Assembly (NCBI GenBank): GCA_009859145.1
Contig: VRVR01000021.1
Location: 20,001 to 268,000 of the forward strand
Direction of reading: 5' to 3'
DNA length: 248,000 nucleotides
Origin: Andalucia godoyi And28
Taxonomy: Eukaryota; Protista; Jakobida
Below are positions 151,680 to 165,300 of this stretch, one piece after another (position 1 is the stretch's first letter; each line of letters starts with the position of its first letter). The position numbers and the translations under genes are program-made. The notes beneath the pieces are model-generated. The model was not told where the DNA came from, made no database searches, and saw nothing but the letters and a program-made list of their open reading frames with translations.

Positions 151680-152613
151680 GATGAATCAATTACCTCGAGG
151701 TCCGTTCCACCAGAAACCAAAAATTCGAGAAGAATTCGAAAAGAAGAAGAAACTGCTGGAGCTTGAACAACAAATCCCACAACAAAAAATCAAAAACGAC
151801 GTCGGGGGGTTCGTAGTCAAGACGTTGGTGGATGCTGCTGCTGCATCATTTGATGCTTCCGTCCTCCACGCTTCGCCATGCGTATTTCCCCGCAGTCCCC
151901 GCCATCAATTCTGCCGTCCGACACGAAAAGACTCACATCGCAAATCGGCATGTACGACATTATAGAGAGACGTCTGCCTTGATGTCGCTTTTCTTTTCAT
152001 TTCCCCATGTTTCTTTAATTAAAAAAATATTTCGTTGGCAAAATTTACCCTCCCAAGACGGGGAAAGATAAAAAAAAAGGAAGGAGAAGAAGGAAGAGAA
152101 GATGTTTCGCAACGACAGCATGTTTTCTCCGACTCAGGGAACACAAGAAGCGATCATATTCTGTCATGATTCAGAGAAACTGAAGCAGGAGTTGCTGCAG
152201 CGCGCTCTTGATATTTCTCCTCCAACTCTGGCTCGACTTAATCAAAAGACGTCTTGCATCGGAACCGACGACAAATCGTCTCCAATTCGACCGCTTCTTC
152301 TGGAACTGCTGGTTTCGCCTGACTCGCCGCACAAGCTGCACAGTTGTGATCCGCATGTTGCAAGCCAACATGAAAAACAGCCATTCCCACAGCAGCAACA
152401 AGTACACCAGCAGAAAGTGGAACAGGAACACAGGAACAGGAACAGGGGCAGCAGAGACAGCAACATCGAGAGGACGATCAGGATCCCGGAAGACAGAATC
152501 CAGGTCCCGATGATGAAAAAACGGATGAAACGGATGACGGCCCGCATTCAAAAAGGAGAAAGCTATTCAGCTCCAGTTCGTCTTCAGGAAGGCCGTCGAT
152601 TGATCCGAAGAGC

Positions 152614-155600
152614 TTGGCGGATCTTTCGAGGATCTTGTCGGAATGCCAGGCAAAGAGGGACGGCCGGTATAAGAGATATTTGGTGTTGGAAGTATCTGGG
152701 CATGTGCCAATCTCTGGTAGCAGCAGTACATCGAAAAGAGAGAGTATTTTGAGACTTTGGGACGAACAGTACAAGAAGGAGAAGACTCTGAAGCTGAGAG
152801 ACTCGTGGATTTCCACTGCTGTCCAAGTAGGTGATCGTGTTCACGTTTCTTTTGATCCGGCTTCGAGCGCAGAAGAGCCGGAAACAGTGTTGGATCACGC
152901 GGCAAAGCATTTGATTGTCACGCAACCAGATTTGCTCCTGAGCGGTTCTAGGGTATCCGAGACACCAATGTGTCCACGTCGAGCAGTGTTAAATGAAAAA
153001 TTCCGCGTGCGTCTGTCGATTCCGACCACTGAAGGAATTCGAGAACAAGAGGAGCAGAATACCGAAAAATTGTTCTTTTACGGACATATGGTCCACTCCT
153101 TGTTTCAATGCTGCTTGCGGTTGAAGCGATGGGATCTAGCCTTCTTGAAAAATGCAGCAGCAGTATATCTTGCAGGGGAAGACATCGTTGAGTCGATGCA
153201 ATTGATCGGGTTGACTTACGATGCTGTGTTTCAGTGCATGGAGACAGATAACCACTGGAAATCGATTCAGCAATTTTGCAACTCCTTCGTTTCTGGATCA
153301 TCTCCATTTGACTTTTATGATCAGCAACAGAAGAAATCTTCCTCCACCAAGATGCGCATTCAAGAGGTTTTGGACGTTGAGGAGTGCATGTGGAACCCGA
153401 GGATCGGAGTCAAGGGAAAGATTGATGCCTCGTTGCAAATTCAGATCACAGGTTCAGCCGCCGGCACTGAATTTCATGTGGCTCCTTTCGAAATCAAAAC
153501 TGGATTTAACGAGTCGCACAAGGGTTCCTCGATCCACAGAGCACAGGTTATGTTGTACGCTCTCATGATGTCTGATCGACGAGCGGTCCCCGTGTCTTCC
153601 TTGCGCGGTCTTTTGTATTATATGAAGTCGAACAAGCTACATTCTGTGAATGTCCCCTGGAATGAAGTTCGATCCCTCATGCAGCTTCGCAATTCGCTTG
153701 CAAGGACACTCGAATCCATATCTGCCGAGCCACCCTTTCTGAAGTTCGGTGAAATGCTTGGGAACTGGAATGTTTGTGGCAAATGTTATCAGCTGGCCAC
153801 GTGTCTGACAGTCGGAAAAGTATCAGAAGGGGGCTTGCCGCGGAATTCGCAGATTCCTGAAAATGTATGGCACAGCGTTACCCGACACTTGTCAAAGTCT
153901 CATTCCGGGTTTTTCACGCGCTTCTTTCGAATGGTGGAAATTGAAGAGCGATCCGTAGCGACTCTTCGGCGACACATGTGGACGTCTTCTTCTCAAGAGC
154001 GTGAAGCGATTCAAGGAAAGTGCATTGGGTCTCTGGTTCTCGTGCACTTGCGGACTGTGCGCTCAAAGGAAGAACTGGTCGAAGCGGTCAAGAATGTTCT
154101 GCGGATTGCCTCCGCCCACGGGTTCTCGTCTGTCGACTCCCAAGCGAGTGCAGCAGCCGGTGCAGCGAGTATGATTTCGTGTCGTGCAGAAGACAAGGAA
154201 AATTTTCTTCCAGAAGACGAACTGGCTTGTCAAGTGGAGCAAATAGCTGCGAGTCTCCCCTCAGCCTCTCGAATCATCACGTTTAGAAGGCATGATGGGG
154301 CACCATCAGTTTCAGTGACGTCGCCCGTGCGTGTGGGTGATCACGTGGTCTTGTCAACGGAGGACGGTGACTGCGGAGTTGCTGTGGGTTATGTTGTGCA
154401 CGTCGACTCCCGTTCTCTATCGATGGTGTCCCATGATTCTCCGGCAAGTCTTGCCAAGGATTCTGGTTCAGTCTCTGAGGATTCCAACGGAGCTTCAAAG
154501 CCAGTGCGGCTTTTTCGAGTTGACGGAGATGAGTCGATCGCATCATTTCAAGTTGCACGGGATAATCTATTGCAACTCATGGATGCTCGTTCAGAATCAT
154601 CGAAGCGCCTGCGTGACTTAATTGTGGATCTGCAGACGCCGCATTTTCTACCTTGCAACACAGAATGCTCCCGTCATGTTGTTCCGTTGGATCTGGAAGG
154701 GCTCAAGCGGCATCTCAATCTGGACCAGATCCAAGCCATTCTCCACGTTTTGCGTGCGAATGACTACTCCCTCATTCTTGGAATGCCCGGCACAGGCAAA
154801 ACGACGACTCTGGCTCATCTTATTGCCATTCTCGCCAAGTCTGGAAAGTCTGTTCTTCTATGCTCGTATACGCACTCTGCAGTAGACGCCGTGCTGATGA
154901 AACTGGTGGATTTGTGGCCAGAATTTGTTCGTGTTGGTCATGCTCGGTATGCTCTCTTTGCGTTCTCTTTCTGTCGATGCTTCTGTTTTATTTTTCAGAA
155001 CACTAACTTCTTCTATTTTCTTTCTTTCTTTCTTCTTCTTTTTTTTGATTGCTTCTGCAATCCACAAGCTCTCATACCAACGAGCACCTGCATCCAGCCA
155101 TCGCGTCTCGAACGGTGGATTCCTTGATGACCGCAGAACCCACGTTGTCTTTGCGAGAGATCGTCCATCGACACAAAGTTTTCGCTGCGACTGCTCTGTC
155201 TGCTACGTTACAGGGACACCCGCTGTTTTCAGCGTGTGGCAGCGGGTCTGGTGGACAATTTTTTGATGTGTGCATCGTTGATGAAGCCTCTCAAGTTACG
155301 CTTCCCGTCGTTCTTGGACCCTTGCTGCTTTCCCGCAAGTTTGTTTTAGTCGGAGACCACTACCAGCTTCCCCCAGTGGTACGTTCTCCTGTGGCGGCGG
155401 AAATGGGACTGGATGACTCCTTGTTCAATCAGCTCGCCCAGGCTCACCCAAACGCTTGTGTTTCCCTCACGCTACAGTATCGGATGAATTCAGACTGTTT
155501 GGAGCTGGCAAATCGGTTAGTGTACTCTGGGAAGCTGAAATGCGGTGGGTCATTGGTTTCAGAAAGACGCCTGGTGCTTCCTCACAGCCGCTCTCCTCAG

Positions 155601-156410
155601 TCAAGATTTTCACGGACCCTCAAGGACTGCCCGGAATGGTTCCGTCGAGTGGTCAGTTCGGACCAGTCCGTGATATGGGTGGATTGTCCGTCCTCCGAGA
155701 CAGTATCTTCGCAAGGTGTGGTGAACCAAACCGAGGCAAATCTTGTTGCAGAAATTGTTGCGGCGCTTGTTCTCGGAGGTTTATCGCATGACAGCATTGG
155801 AATCATAACGCCACTGCTGAGTCAGTCCCGTCTTGTGCGGGAATCTCTTGGGTGCCTGCCGTTTCTTGGAAAACAAACCATGAACTTCAAACCGACTTCC
155901 TGGGAAAATCTTCGTAGCAAAGAGGCCGATTCTTTCTTGAGCAGTTCAGCAGACTCCGCGTGGGCTGCAACGGACGCTGCAGATGAAATTGAACGTGCGC
156001 CGTTTGTTGCTGGCTCGACGGGCATGTCCATCGAAGTTCATACCATTGACAAATATCAAGGGAGGGACAAGGAATGCGTTATCGTATCGCTTGTGCGTTC
156101 GAATTCAGAGGAGAGAATTGGCGACCTGCTGCGGGATTGGAGACGCATGAATGTTGCTCTCACTCGATCTAAGTCCAAACTTATCATTATCGGAAACGCC
156201 GCAACGTTTGCAATGCAGCCACCCTGGCAGCAAGTTCTGCGGATCGTTCGAGAGAAGAATTGGGTCGTGCAAGTTCCGTCAGAGAAGGAGGTTGACGGCG
156301 GGTTGGACCGCTGGACATCCATGTTGTCGGAAGAGGCTTTGGAGCACGCCAATCTTGTGGATCTGGACTCTTCTGATCTTGACATTAGTTCTGACTTTGC
156401 GCCACTGTGA
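152614..156410 (+). CDS. DNA2: DNA2 nuclease/helicase, one intron near 154950-155090
   Basis: CPRRAVL, VKGKIDA, PFEIKTG, GMPGTGKTT, DEASQ, VGDHYQLPP and TIDKYQGRDK. Confidence 0.95.
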
Positions 156411-156535
156411 AAACAATAACCGTGCAAACAAGCAGTCGGACAATCAGGCAAACATCAACATTATTTATAAACGGACGCCTGTTTTTGCATAATACACACA
156501 CGAGATCCCCCAAATGTCGCGCCACATCGACCGAG

Positions 156536-157588
156536 TCAAATCTTTCCTTCCGCCACCTGTCTCGCAATGAATGCAGAACCATCGAGATTCAAGTTCCTGG
156601 AGGCGAACTGCGTGATCACGCCTATTCCCTTGAGCCAGTCTCGCTTTGGATGGTTCAAAAACGTTCCCTGCACAAACAGCTCTGCATTTGCCTGGACGAA
156701 AGCGTCGTTCGACACCTGATTGTCGCCCAGAACAACAACATACTGCGGCATGACAGCAAGCGAGACGGTCTGTGCGCATTCCAGCAGCGTCTGATAGAGC
156801 GCCTGGAGCGCCTGGATGGCAGCAGGATCGGATCCATCGAGCGCACGGGTGGCGATGTCATGAGCTTGCAGTTCGCAGCCCTTTGAAAAGAACTTGTAAG
156901 CCAGCACAAGGCCTCTTCCAGAGCACAGATCCTCAAACTCTGGCTTGTGCCTTCCAGCGTACACGACCTGGGCTGCAAATCGCACGAGTTCCGAGTCCGA
157001 GGACATGGTGATGTGGGATGCTTCGCCTGGAACCACGGATTTCCCATGCACGATCGTTCCAACGCCCATGCCTGTTCCAGGAGCCAACACGACGACGTTG
157101 GCCGAGCCCAGAGAAGGCTGAATCTGCTCGCCGCCAATTCCATGAAAGCACTCCTGGAGCGCATTGGCCTGCGAAAGACCAATGAATCCGTAGCACGCAC
157201 CTTCAAGATCGTTCAAAAGACGAGTTGCCCCGCGAGGAAAGAGAAATGGCGGAAGCATCTCCACGGAAATATCCTTGGATCCAAGATAGTTCGTGATGAA
157301 TGCTGCTGTCCCGTTGTTCCTCACCGGCCCCGCAACCGCCAACGCAGCTGCCGTAGCCGGCGCCAGATCCGGAATGAGCCGTCGAACCGCAGCTTCAAGT
157401 GATTCTGCAGCGGCCACCAACTCTGCAATCGTCGAAGCATGCAGCTTCCCCAGCGGAACTACGGTCGCCGGAGACCCCAAGGTCACAAGCATCACCCGCG
157501 TGTGAGTGCCGCCGACATCCACTGCAGCCACATATCCAGACGAACTCCGCAGCGCTTCAATTCCAGACTCTGAAATCACGACTGACAT
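156536..157588 (-). CDS. glk: Glucokinase (bacterial Glk/ROK-like group)
   Basis: DVGGTHTR, AVAGPV, LLNDLE, APGTGMG, GEASH and EDLCSGRGL. Confidence 0.88.
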   Translation of the reverse strand: MSVVISESGIEALRSSSGYVAAVDVGGTHTRVMLVTLGSPATVVPLGKLHASTIAELVAAAESLEAAVRRLIPDLAPATAAALAVAGPVRNNGTAAFITNYLGSKDISVEMLPPFLFPRGATRLLNDLEGACYGFIGLSQANALQECFHGIGGEQIQPSLGSANVVVLAPGTGMGVGTIVHGKSVVPGEASHITMSSDSELVRFAAQVVYAGRHKPEFEDLCSGRGLVLAYKFFSKGCELQAHDIATRALDGSDPAAIQALQALYQTLLECAQTVSLAVMPQYVVVLGDNQVSNDAFVQANAELFVQGTFLNHPKRDWLKGIGVITQFASRNLNLDGSAFIARQVAEGKI

Positions 157589-158607
157589 TTCCCCACACTC
157601 CCCCGTGTATTTGCTACTTTTAATTCTCTTTCTACTCTTTTTGGTTCAAAAGAAGAAGCCAACACCAGAGCTTCCAGGAGAAAGAATTGCTCTCGAGTTG
157701 CCCATTGGTAAAAGCAACACAGAGAGAAGCACCGTCGCTGAACTTGACTTCGATTTCAGACTGCGCAGCATCAAGTGATTCCAACATTCAAAAAAATTTA
157801 AAAAATGATTCCCCAAAAGAGAGCATTTATGTTACTGTCCTATAAAAAAGGCACAATACTTAACATCATATACATGTATGAAAATGCAAACCGCGCAATT
157901 CGCATCCGAGAGAAAGATAAGCCAACGAGTTTGAGGGACGATAAAAAGAAGAAGCAAAAAAAACAAAAAAAAACGAACAGCAGCATGCCGGAGAGAAAGA
158001 GCAGTACAAAGAGAAAAAAAGGAAGAAAAAACGGGCCACACTTCCTTGTGAGGAAAGAGATAAGATCAGGAAACACGTCAAAAATAGGGTTGTCGTCACA
158101 AAAGATCGGAAACACGGACCAAAGACGAAATCATCATATTATCTCTTCTCACGAGTACATGGAAAAACTGCGTATGCTGCTGCTTGCTGGGAAAGGGTGT
158201 GTACATACCATGCATTGCAAAGACTGGTACTGTGAAACGTCCTCTTTTTCATTCTCTCCTATACAGAGTCATATTAATCATAATAATGATAAGAAGAAGG
158301 AGAAGCAGAAGAAGAAGCAGAAGAAGAAGCAGCAGAAGAAGAAGGAGAAGGAGAAGAAGGAAGAGCAGAGGCGGCTGGCAAAGAAGAAAGCGAAAACGAG
158401 AATGTTTTCCAAACAGGAAAACAGTAAATAATAGGTAGGGTTCTGGCTTTTGAGAAAACCCTCAAAAGATGAGGACCCCTGAAGAGGAGACTCGACAATT
158501 GGGTTTTTTCTCTTATTATCCAAATAAATTAAAATGAAATGGAAACAGTTTACGTTTTTATCTCCCCAGAGGTGGTGTGGAGGTGGTGCATATTGCTGTA
158601 GTTATCC

Positions 158608-160944
158608 ATGTCGACGTCGACGTCGCGACATCGGCATGTTCGGCCTGCCGTGTCTGTGAGCCATCGCGCGACGCAGCAGCTGAAGATGAGTCTTCGAGAG
158701 CGGCTGCTGCTGTCTCCGTGGCAAAAGTGGCGCAAGTATGGCAAGTTTCCGTTCAAAGCATTCATCCATGTCTTGCTTGTTGCACTGGTTACGCTGCAGT
158801 GTTTCTTGTTTGGAGCCCAGCGAAATACGTACTTGTACAGCCAGACTTCGGCGTTTGAGGACTTGTTTTTCCCCTCGGGAGCGATTGTGGTGGACCCAAA
158901 GGACTCTGGCTACGGGTCTGCGTATGTTGAGTTTGCTCGGATTGGCGATTGGTTGTCCGGGATGCAGAATGCGGTGAACACATATGCGCTGCTTAATGAC
159001 ATTAGTCCGGACACGTATGGCCTTGTGGACCGCTGGGTGAGAATGTCTGTTGCGCAATTGGCGCACGAAGACGTGGCGAAGCTTGACTACACAAAGCCCA
159101 TGGATCGATCGGTGTCGATCCGTGAGTACTGGGTGGACCCGTTCAGCAACAAGTCAATGTACGGGATTTCGAATCCGCCTAGAAGGAGGAGTGCTGTGGA
159201 TAGCATTTTGCACACCACCACCACCGCCGCAACACCTGGAGCAGCAGAAAGAGCAGGAACCGGTGCTGCTGGACAAGACGCAATTGTTGTCGAAAGCGCA
159301 TCGATTGCCGGGTTTTGGGAAGAGAATTTTGGCGATGTGGACGATCCTATGGACGAAATGCTGGGACCGTTCAACACTAGCGATGCAAAGTCGGTGCATC
159401 GGATGATGTCAAGAGTCGTGTTTGTGGACTTGTCGTTTCAGGTTGAAGCGGCCAATCTGTTGCCGAATGTTCCGCAGTGCATGGAATGGACTATCAAGAT
159501 CCATTACGACTTTGCTGCACGAGGCGGTCTTATCCGGCAGTTCATCCAGAGCGATGCCAAGGTTTGCGAATCCCAGTCTTCAAAGATTATTGATGCATCT
159601 GCGTCACCGGTTATTTGGATTTCTGTCCTGTGCATCATCACATCACTCTTTTCGATATTGCTGACGGTACGCCAGATGGTGTCAATACTGAGCATTCGCT
159701 CCCACCTGCCTAGCGACACCGTCGAAGGGTCTGTTGTTTCGCGTTCAATGTCTCCGTCTCCGTCTCCGTCTCCGTCTCCGATGCCCACGGTTTCATCGAA
159801 CATCCATTTCAATCTCGCAGCATTGAAGACTGTATCGTTTGGAATGATTCTGGGTCTTCTTAATCTGTGGACGATTGTGCATGTTATTTCTGCAGTGATG
159901 AGCATAGTGTCCTCCGGAATGCTGATCGCAACAACTCTGTACAAGTATGCTGATGAGGAAACGGTGGCTTTCTTTGTAGGGTTTGATGCCTTGTTTTCGT
160001 GGGTGAATTTGTGTCGATATTTCGAGTATTCTCCAAAGTTTTATCTTTTGATTCTCACGGTGCGCCGCGGAATGCCCAACGTCGTCCGCTTTATCATCGG
160101 AACGGCTCCCATATTTATTGGCTATACGGTGTTGGGAACTGTTCTGTTTGGACCGTACACTCGCTTTTTTGCAGACTTTGATCAGGCGGCGGTCACGCTG
160201 TTTGCTGTTCTAAATGGAGATGAAATCCACGATGTTACGGCTGCTGTTTTCTCGAGAAATCCAGCACTGGGAATCATTTCTAGAATCTACATGTTTTCGT
160301 TTGTTGCGCTGTTCATTTACACGGTGCTGAATATTTTTATTCACATCATGGAAGATGGATTCTTCTCGGCTAAGGAGAATCCAGGAACGACCGCGCGTGC
160401 TGAAAAGATTGCGAATCTGATATTGGGTCCTTCCGCCCCACCACCGCCTCCCGTGGTACATTCTCGCCTCGGAGATGGCCGTTCGCAACAGGATGAGGAG
160501 TCCCGACTGTTGATGGCACAAGCCCATGAGGAAGACTCCAGTTCACCAGGCAATTTGTTAATGATGCCCGTCGGCGGCGGCTCGGCAGGGATGCAATCGG
160601 AAGGATTTTCGTCGTCAGCCACAAGTTCAGCATTTCCAATGACTGCGGGTTCGTCGTACTCTTCACAGGGAAACGAGCCTGCTGATCATCATTACCACCA
160701 CCGAGGGCACCAGGGCGAAGGCCAGCCGGATCACGGACATCCCTTCCATGAGCTACTAGGGACTCTTGAGCAAGTACAGCAGTATCTGCGATATGCGGTG
160801 TACGGTTCTGGAATCTCTCCTGAAGAACGGTTTTGCCTGCAATTGATCCAGGATTCTTCGCGGAGACTGCTGTCAGTTCGCAGCGCGCGGCATGAGCAAG
160901 TGGGGCAACGTCTAGAACCGCAAGTTGCGCCAGGCATTCAATGA
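158608..160944 (+). CDS. MCOLN: Mucolipin (TRPML) channel
   Basis: LSPWQKWRKYGKFPFK, LFAVLNGDEI and YMFSFVALFIY.VLNIFI. Confidence 0.9.
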   Translation: MSTSTSRHRHVRPAVSVSHRATQQLKMSLRERLLLSPWQKWRKYGKFPFKAFIHVLLVALVTLQCFLFGAQRNTYLYSQTSAFEDLFFPSGAIVVDPKDSGYGSAYVEFARIGDWLSGMQNAVNTYALLNDISPDTYGLVDRWVRMSVAQLAHEDVAKLDYTKPMDRSVSIREYWVDPFSNKSMYGISNPPRRRSAVDSILHTTTTAATPGAAERAGTGAAGQDAIVVESASIAGFWEENFGDVDDPMDEMLGPFNTSDAKSVHRMMSRVVFVDLSFQVEAANLLPNVPQCMEWTIKIHYDFAARGGLIRQFIQSDAKVCESQSSKIIDASASPVIWISVLCIITSLFSILLTVRQMVSILSIRSHLPSDTVEGSVVSRSMSPSPSPSPSPMPTVSSNIHFNLAALKTVSFGMILGLLNLWTIVHVISAVMSIVSSGMLIATTLYKYADEETVAFFVGFDALFSWVNLCRYFEYSPKFYLLILTVRRGMPNVVRFIIGTAPIFIGYTVLGTVLFGPYTRFFADFDQAAVTLFAVLNGDEIHDVTAAVFSRNPALGIISRIYMFSFVALFIYTVLNIFIHIMEDGFFSAKENPGTTARAEKIANLILGPSAPPPPPVVHSRLGDGRSQQDEESRLLMAQAHEEDSSSPGNLLMMPVGGGSAGMQSEGFSSSATSSAFPMTAGSSYSSQGNEPADHHYHHRGHQGEGQPDHGHPFHELLGTLEQVQQYLRYAVYGSGISPEERFCLQLIQDSSRRLLSVRSARHEQVGQRLEPQVAPGIQ

Positions 160945-162387
160945 TCCTCACAGTGCACCAGCATGTGGTTGAATGATCTCAAACCCCGATTCGTTTTTAC
161001 TGCACCTCTTCCACAACTGGTCCCCGCGCTGGGCAATCTTCGCATTCATAAATCTGCAGTGACTGCCGCGCCTCGTAAGACCTCGGCGGTTGCACACTGC
161101 TGTGTTCGGGCAAGGACTTGCGAATATCTCGAATTGAATGAACATGTTCTACGATTCTTTCTTCCACGATCACTTGGATGCTGTGGATTTGGACAAATGA
161201 TGCATTCTGGTCCTCCGTCCAACACGGATCCCGGACTTCTGAATGTCTTGTTGGCGATTTGTTGTAGCCTCGTCCCCAGTATCGATCCTCCAGAGATCGC
161301 TTGGCGCCCGTTCTTCTTGACAGCATTACACGATCTGCAGGGCTCAACAAGGCTTTTGGCGCCAGCTGCCTCATCCTTTGGCAATCTGGGGTGCCGTCAT
161401 GGCCATCATCGTTACCGTTGTCACCTTCTTCGTCTTCGAAGACGCAGCACAGCCGGGGGCTGTTCGGAAAATGTTCTCGATCCTGCAAAAGACATTCGTT
161501 GGCATGCATCGAGGAGTACATCTGGTCATAGACTTGCTGGAAATAAAGTAGAAGGTCTCCGAGGTTCTCGATCCTTTTTTCGCTTATCTGGATCATTTCA
161601 TCCAAGAAGAACTGTGCGCGTTTGATGTTTGTTTTTGGTAGAAATGTGAGTCTCTCGGGGCGTCCAGTCCTTTTTCACGCAGTCAAAATGTGAAAGCGAA
161701 TAAAATAATAATAATAATAATAATAATAGTAATAATAAATTCAAAAAAAGTAAATTAACAAACTGCATACTCTTTGAGGAGAAGACGGATGCAGACGGCT
161801 GACAAGGTTCTGCACTTTCACCAGAGACTCTCTGTATGTTTCCAGGACGTTGGAGCCTTCCGCTATGAGCTCGGCTAGGAAGTCTGCATTAGGACCAGTT
161901 TTGTCATTCGACCACGGAAAACGAAAACTGTGCTGGGGATAGTGCGATCCAACCAGATACTTTTGAAAAAACTGTTCATCCTGCTTCACAGCAAATCCCA
162001 CAACGTCCATATTTTTTAAAATATTAAAAACTATCCTTTAAAAACGTATTATCGCACCAGAGAAGAAGTCCATTCTGGAAAAATTAAATAGTGAAAACAA
162101 TGGGGAAAAACAAAAAAAACCCAGCGCAATCCGAGGGGAATACATGGGAAAAATAATGCGAGACACGAGACACGAGACACGAGACACGACCTTTTCTCGT
162201 GTTCCTTCCTTCCTCTCCGTCTGTGCACTACTCTCGTGCATGCACTATCGTGCAACACGGTCCGTTAAATACTTGTGCGAATTGTTTTTGGGGAATTAAA
162301 GAAAAATGGAAAGCACAATTTGCCTTTCTGCTGTTGTCGTTCAGCATATGAATACGTATTGAAAACCACAACATTAACGAGCAGTCG

Positions 162388-165300
162388 TTGCTTACGAATT
162401 GGTCTACTAACGTACAGGGGAGAAAAAGAAAGGAAAAAAGAAAAAGAAAAAAAGGAAAGATGGATCGTCTGAAACTCGATTCGTTTGATTTGCTGCAATC
162501 ATTTTCAGCATTTTCCACACACTCTGCTTCGGCCCTGTCGCTACTAAAGGCATCGATTTCGACTTCATTGATCGACAGCCATTTGAAAAATGCACACATT
162601 CCATCTGCTTCTACTATGGCGTTCGTCGCTGGGTCGATTGGAGCTGCCGCGATCACCACTCGAACAATACTGTCTCTCCGAAACCGACATTCCCGCCACT
162701 CTCATCGCAGCCTGTCCTCGGAAGCACACAGTGTTTCTTCTTTTTCAGCTGGGATCCCCAAGATTAGCATGAGTCCACGCAAGTTTCGAGTTTCCAGAAG
162801 CATGCAGACGGAAAAAAACGCCGATCAAGCGGGAGCAATAATAGACGTTTCACAAGAGGTCGCTGATTCCCCGGGTTCAAGATTGCTTGATTCCCATGCG
162901 CAGTATGAATGGGAGTGGTTTTGCAGGGAAGCCATTTCCCAGACAGACTTTGGCTGCAAAGTTGCTCATGCAGACGAGTGCACAATGACAGCTGACCGTG
163001 CAGAGTTGTTCGTGGACTCGCAGACGAACACCTCATGTTTGGATTTCCAATCTCCAGCTTCAGTTCAAACAGAGAATGCTACGGTCTGCGATACTGCCTT
163101 TCAAGCCGGGTGCGCCATGGAAGATGGGGAGACGCAAGTGAGCTTCATTGTCTCGGATTTTGTTATGCAGACAGAGAACCAGCTGCAATGCTCGGGTTCG
163201 GTGCAGACGGAAGAACGGATCTCTCGCTCTGGACATACGCAAACCACGCATGCAGAAACGATGAGCATTCCTGTTCAAACCGTCCATAGTGAGACTGCGA
163301 ATCAGGATGTCCAAGTCGAATGCGAGTCCTCGAACGCGATTTGTCAGGCGGGGTTTGCTGCTTTCGAGTTGCAAACCATCGCTTCGCAGACAAGCACGGC
163401 GGAGATGACGGTTGATCAGCATTGTCAGATTGCAAGCGAGTTGCAAGAAGCGGCGTCGCAGAATTGCGGTCCGGACATGCGGGATACTGGCGTCTCCGTC
163501 ATGTGCGAAATGTTGGAGATGTTCATGCAGACTTCCATGGACGTGCAGCACGCGGACGCTCAGTGCAGTGTCATGACATGCGAAGCTTCGTGCGATCCAT
163601 GCTTGGCGAGAATGGTGAATTCATCGACCCAAGTCTGCTGTGAAGCGCTGGATCGAGGGACGCAAGCCGAATGTGAAATGGAAGATTCCGGGCTGCAGTA
163701 CTCTCCGGAAACTCATGAAATCGCTACCGGAAGTGACGAAGCATGCTGCCGAATGAACAACGGCTGCCAGGTCTCCGCTCAAGACGAGGATGCAGAATGC
163801 CAAGTGAACATACTCCCGATTGTCTCCGACGCGGATTGTCAGTCCGAGACGTACCAGATGCACTCAATGAATTCGCAGACGGCTGTCTCGCATTTTTCAA
163901 TGGCGGATGGATCTACTCAGTACGAGACTGGCATGGCGCAGGATGTGAACGAGGCAGACGACGAGCTGTCCAGGACCGTGTATTTGGTTATCCGTTCAGA
164001 CTCGGAAACGCAAACAGACACAACCGCCCTCAACGCATTTCCCCCTTTGCACGGATCTCTGCCACTGGATTCCTCTGTCGGAATCCTGTCGTCGTCGACT
164101 CACTCGTCCGTTATCCACAATCCGCTCAGCTCTGTCGGAGCTGCCGCGGACGTTTTCACGCCCATGAGCGATCGGCATCGAACGATTGGGATGGATGATC
164201 TCGGAGAGGCAAGTACGTCACCGGAATCTGTGTTCTCCGTTCGATCGGATCTCTCGGAGAGATCATCGCCACAACTCAAGGCAGGCCTGCAATTCTACAA
164301 GACGCGCCAGCAAGAGCTCGAAGCGAATCGTGCGAAGATCATGTGCACGTTGAAGGATACCATCCGGGAGAATGACGAGTTGAAAAAGGAAGTAGAGAAG
164401 CTCAAAATTCGGCTGGCATTCCTGGAGGCGAAGCGCAGTCCGAGTTTGGCTTATGGTAATCACAACTACTGCCATCACAGCAGCAACAACAGCAGCAATC
164501 TAAGCATGGCAAATGCGTCTGTGATCGATACGTCTTTTGTCCTTCCTTCTGATTTGTCCATGTCAATGCTCCAAAGTCCGCCGATTGCATCTCGTCGTGA
164601 AATGGACCAGCGTGCGGATATCATGATGCAGACGATTCAGCAGTTGCAACAAACCATTTCTCATCTAGAACAGGAGCTTGCCAGTCGCAATGCTGTTTTC
164701 ATCGAGAAGGAAGCACAGTTGCTGCGTGTCCGGGATCGTGATGACGTGATTGCGCGCGAGAACAGGTCTCTGAAGGAAAAGGTCGACAAGATGGAGTCTG
164801 ACAAGGCTCATGACGTGAAGCGCATCCAGGAACTGCAGCGGCAGGTTGCGGCCATTGTCAACAAAGTAGAAATGCTCACCAACAGTTTGGAAGAAGTGTC
164901 TCGCGATCGGGAAAGTATTTTGGCGAAATCAAGGACGGTTGAAGCCGAGACCGAGCGAGAAAAGGCGGTTCGCTTGGAGATCCTTCAAAAAGTAGAGAGC
165001 TTGGAGGTCGAAAACAACCACCTGAAAGCCATGGTCGAGCAGCACCAGGTTGAACGTCAGCAGCTCATCCATCATGCGCAGCAGAACCTTGTGATGGATG
165101 AGAACCTCGTCGAATTTGCAAGGAATTCCAAGAAGAGCATCAAGATATACCAGGATCTCAAAGACCAGATCCGAGTGCTCTCGGAAGAGAACCAGCGCCT
165201 TAAGGCACAGGCGCATCACCTCCGAGAGAATCATCGCAAGAAGTCGCTCGAGGAAAAGGAAAATGGGGCCGTTGCACTTCAAGCCAAGCGGGCTGTTGCG

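Noticed and set aside
160997-161605. 202-aa minus-strand ORF
   Set aside because: It overlaps a 220-aa plus ORF, and neither has a recognisable domain.
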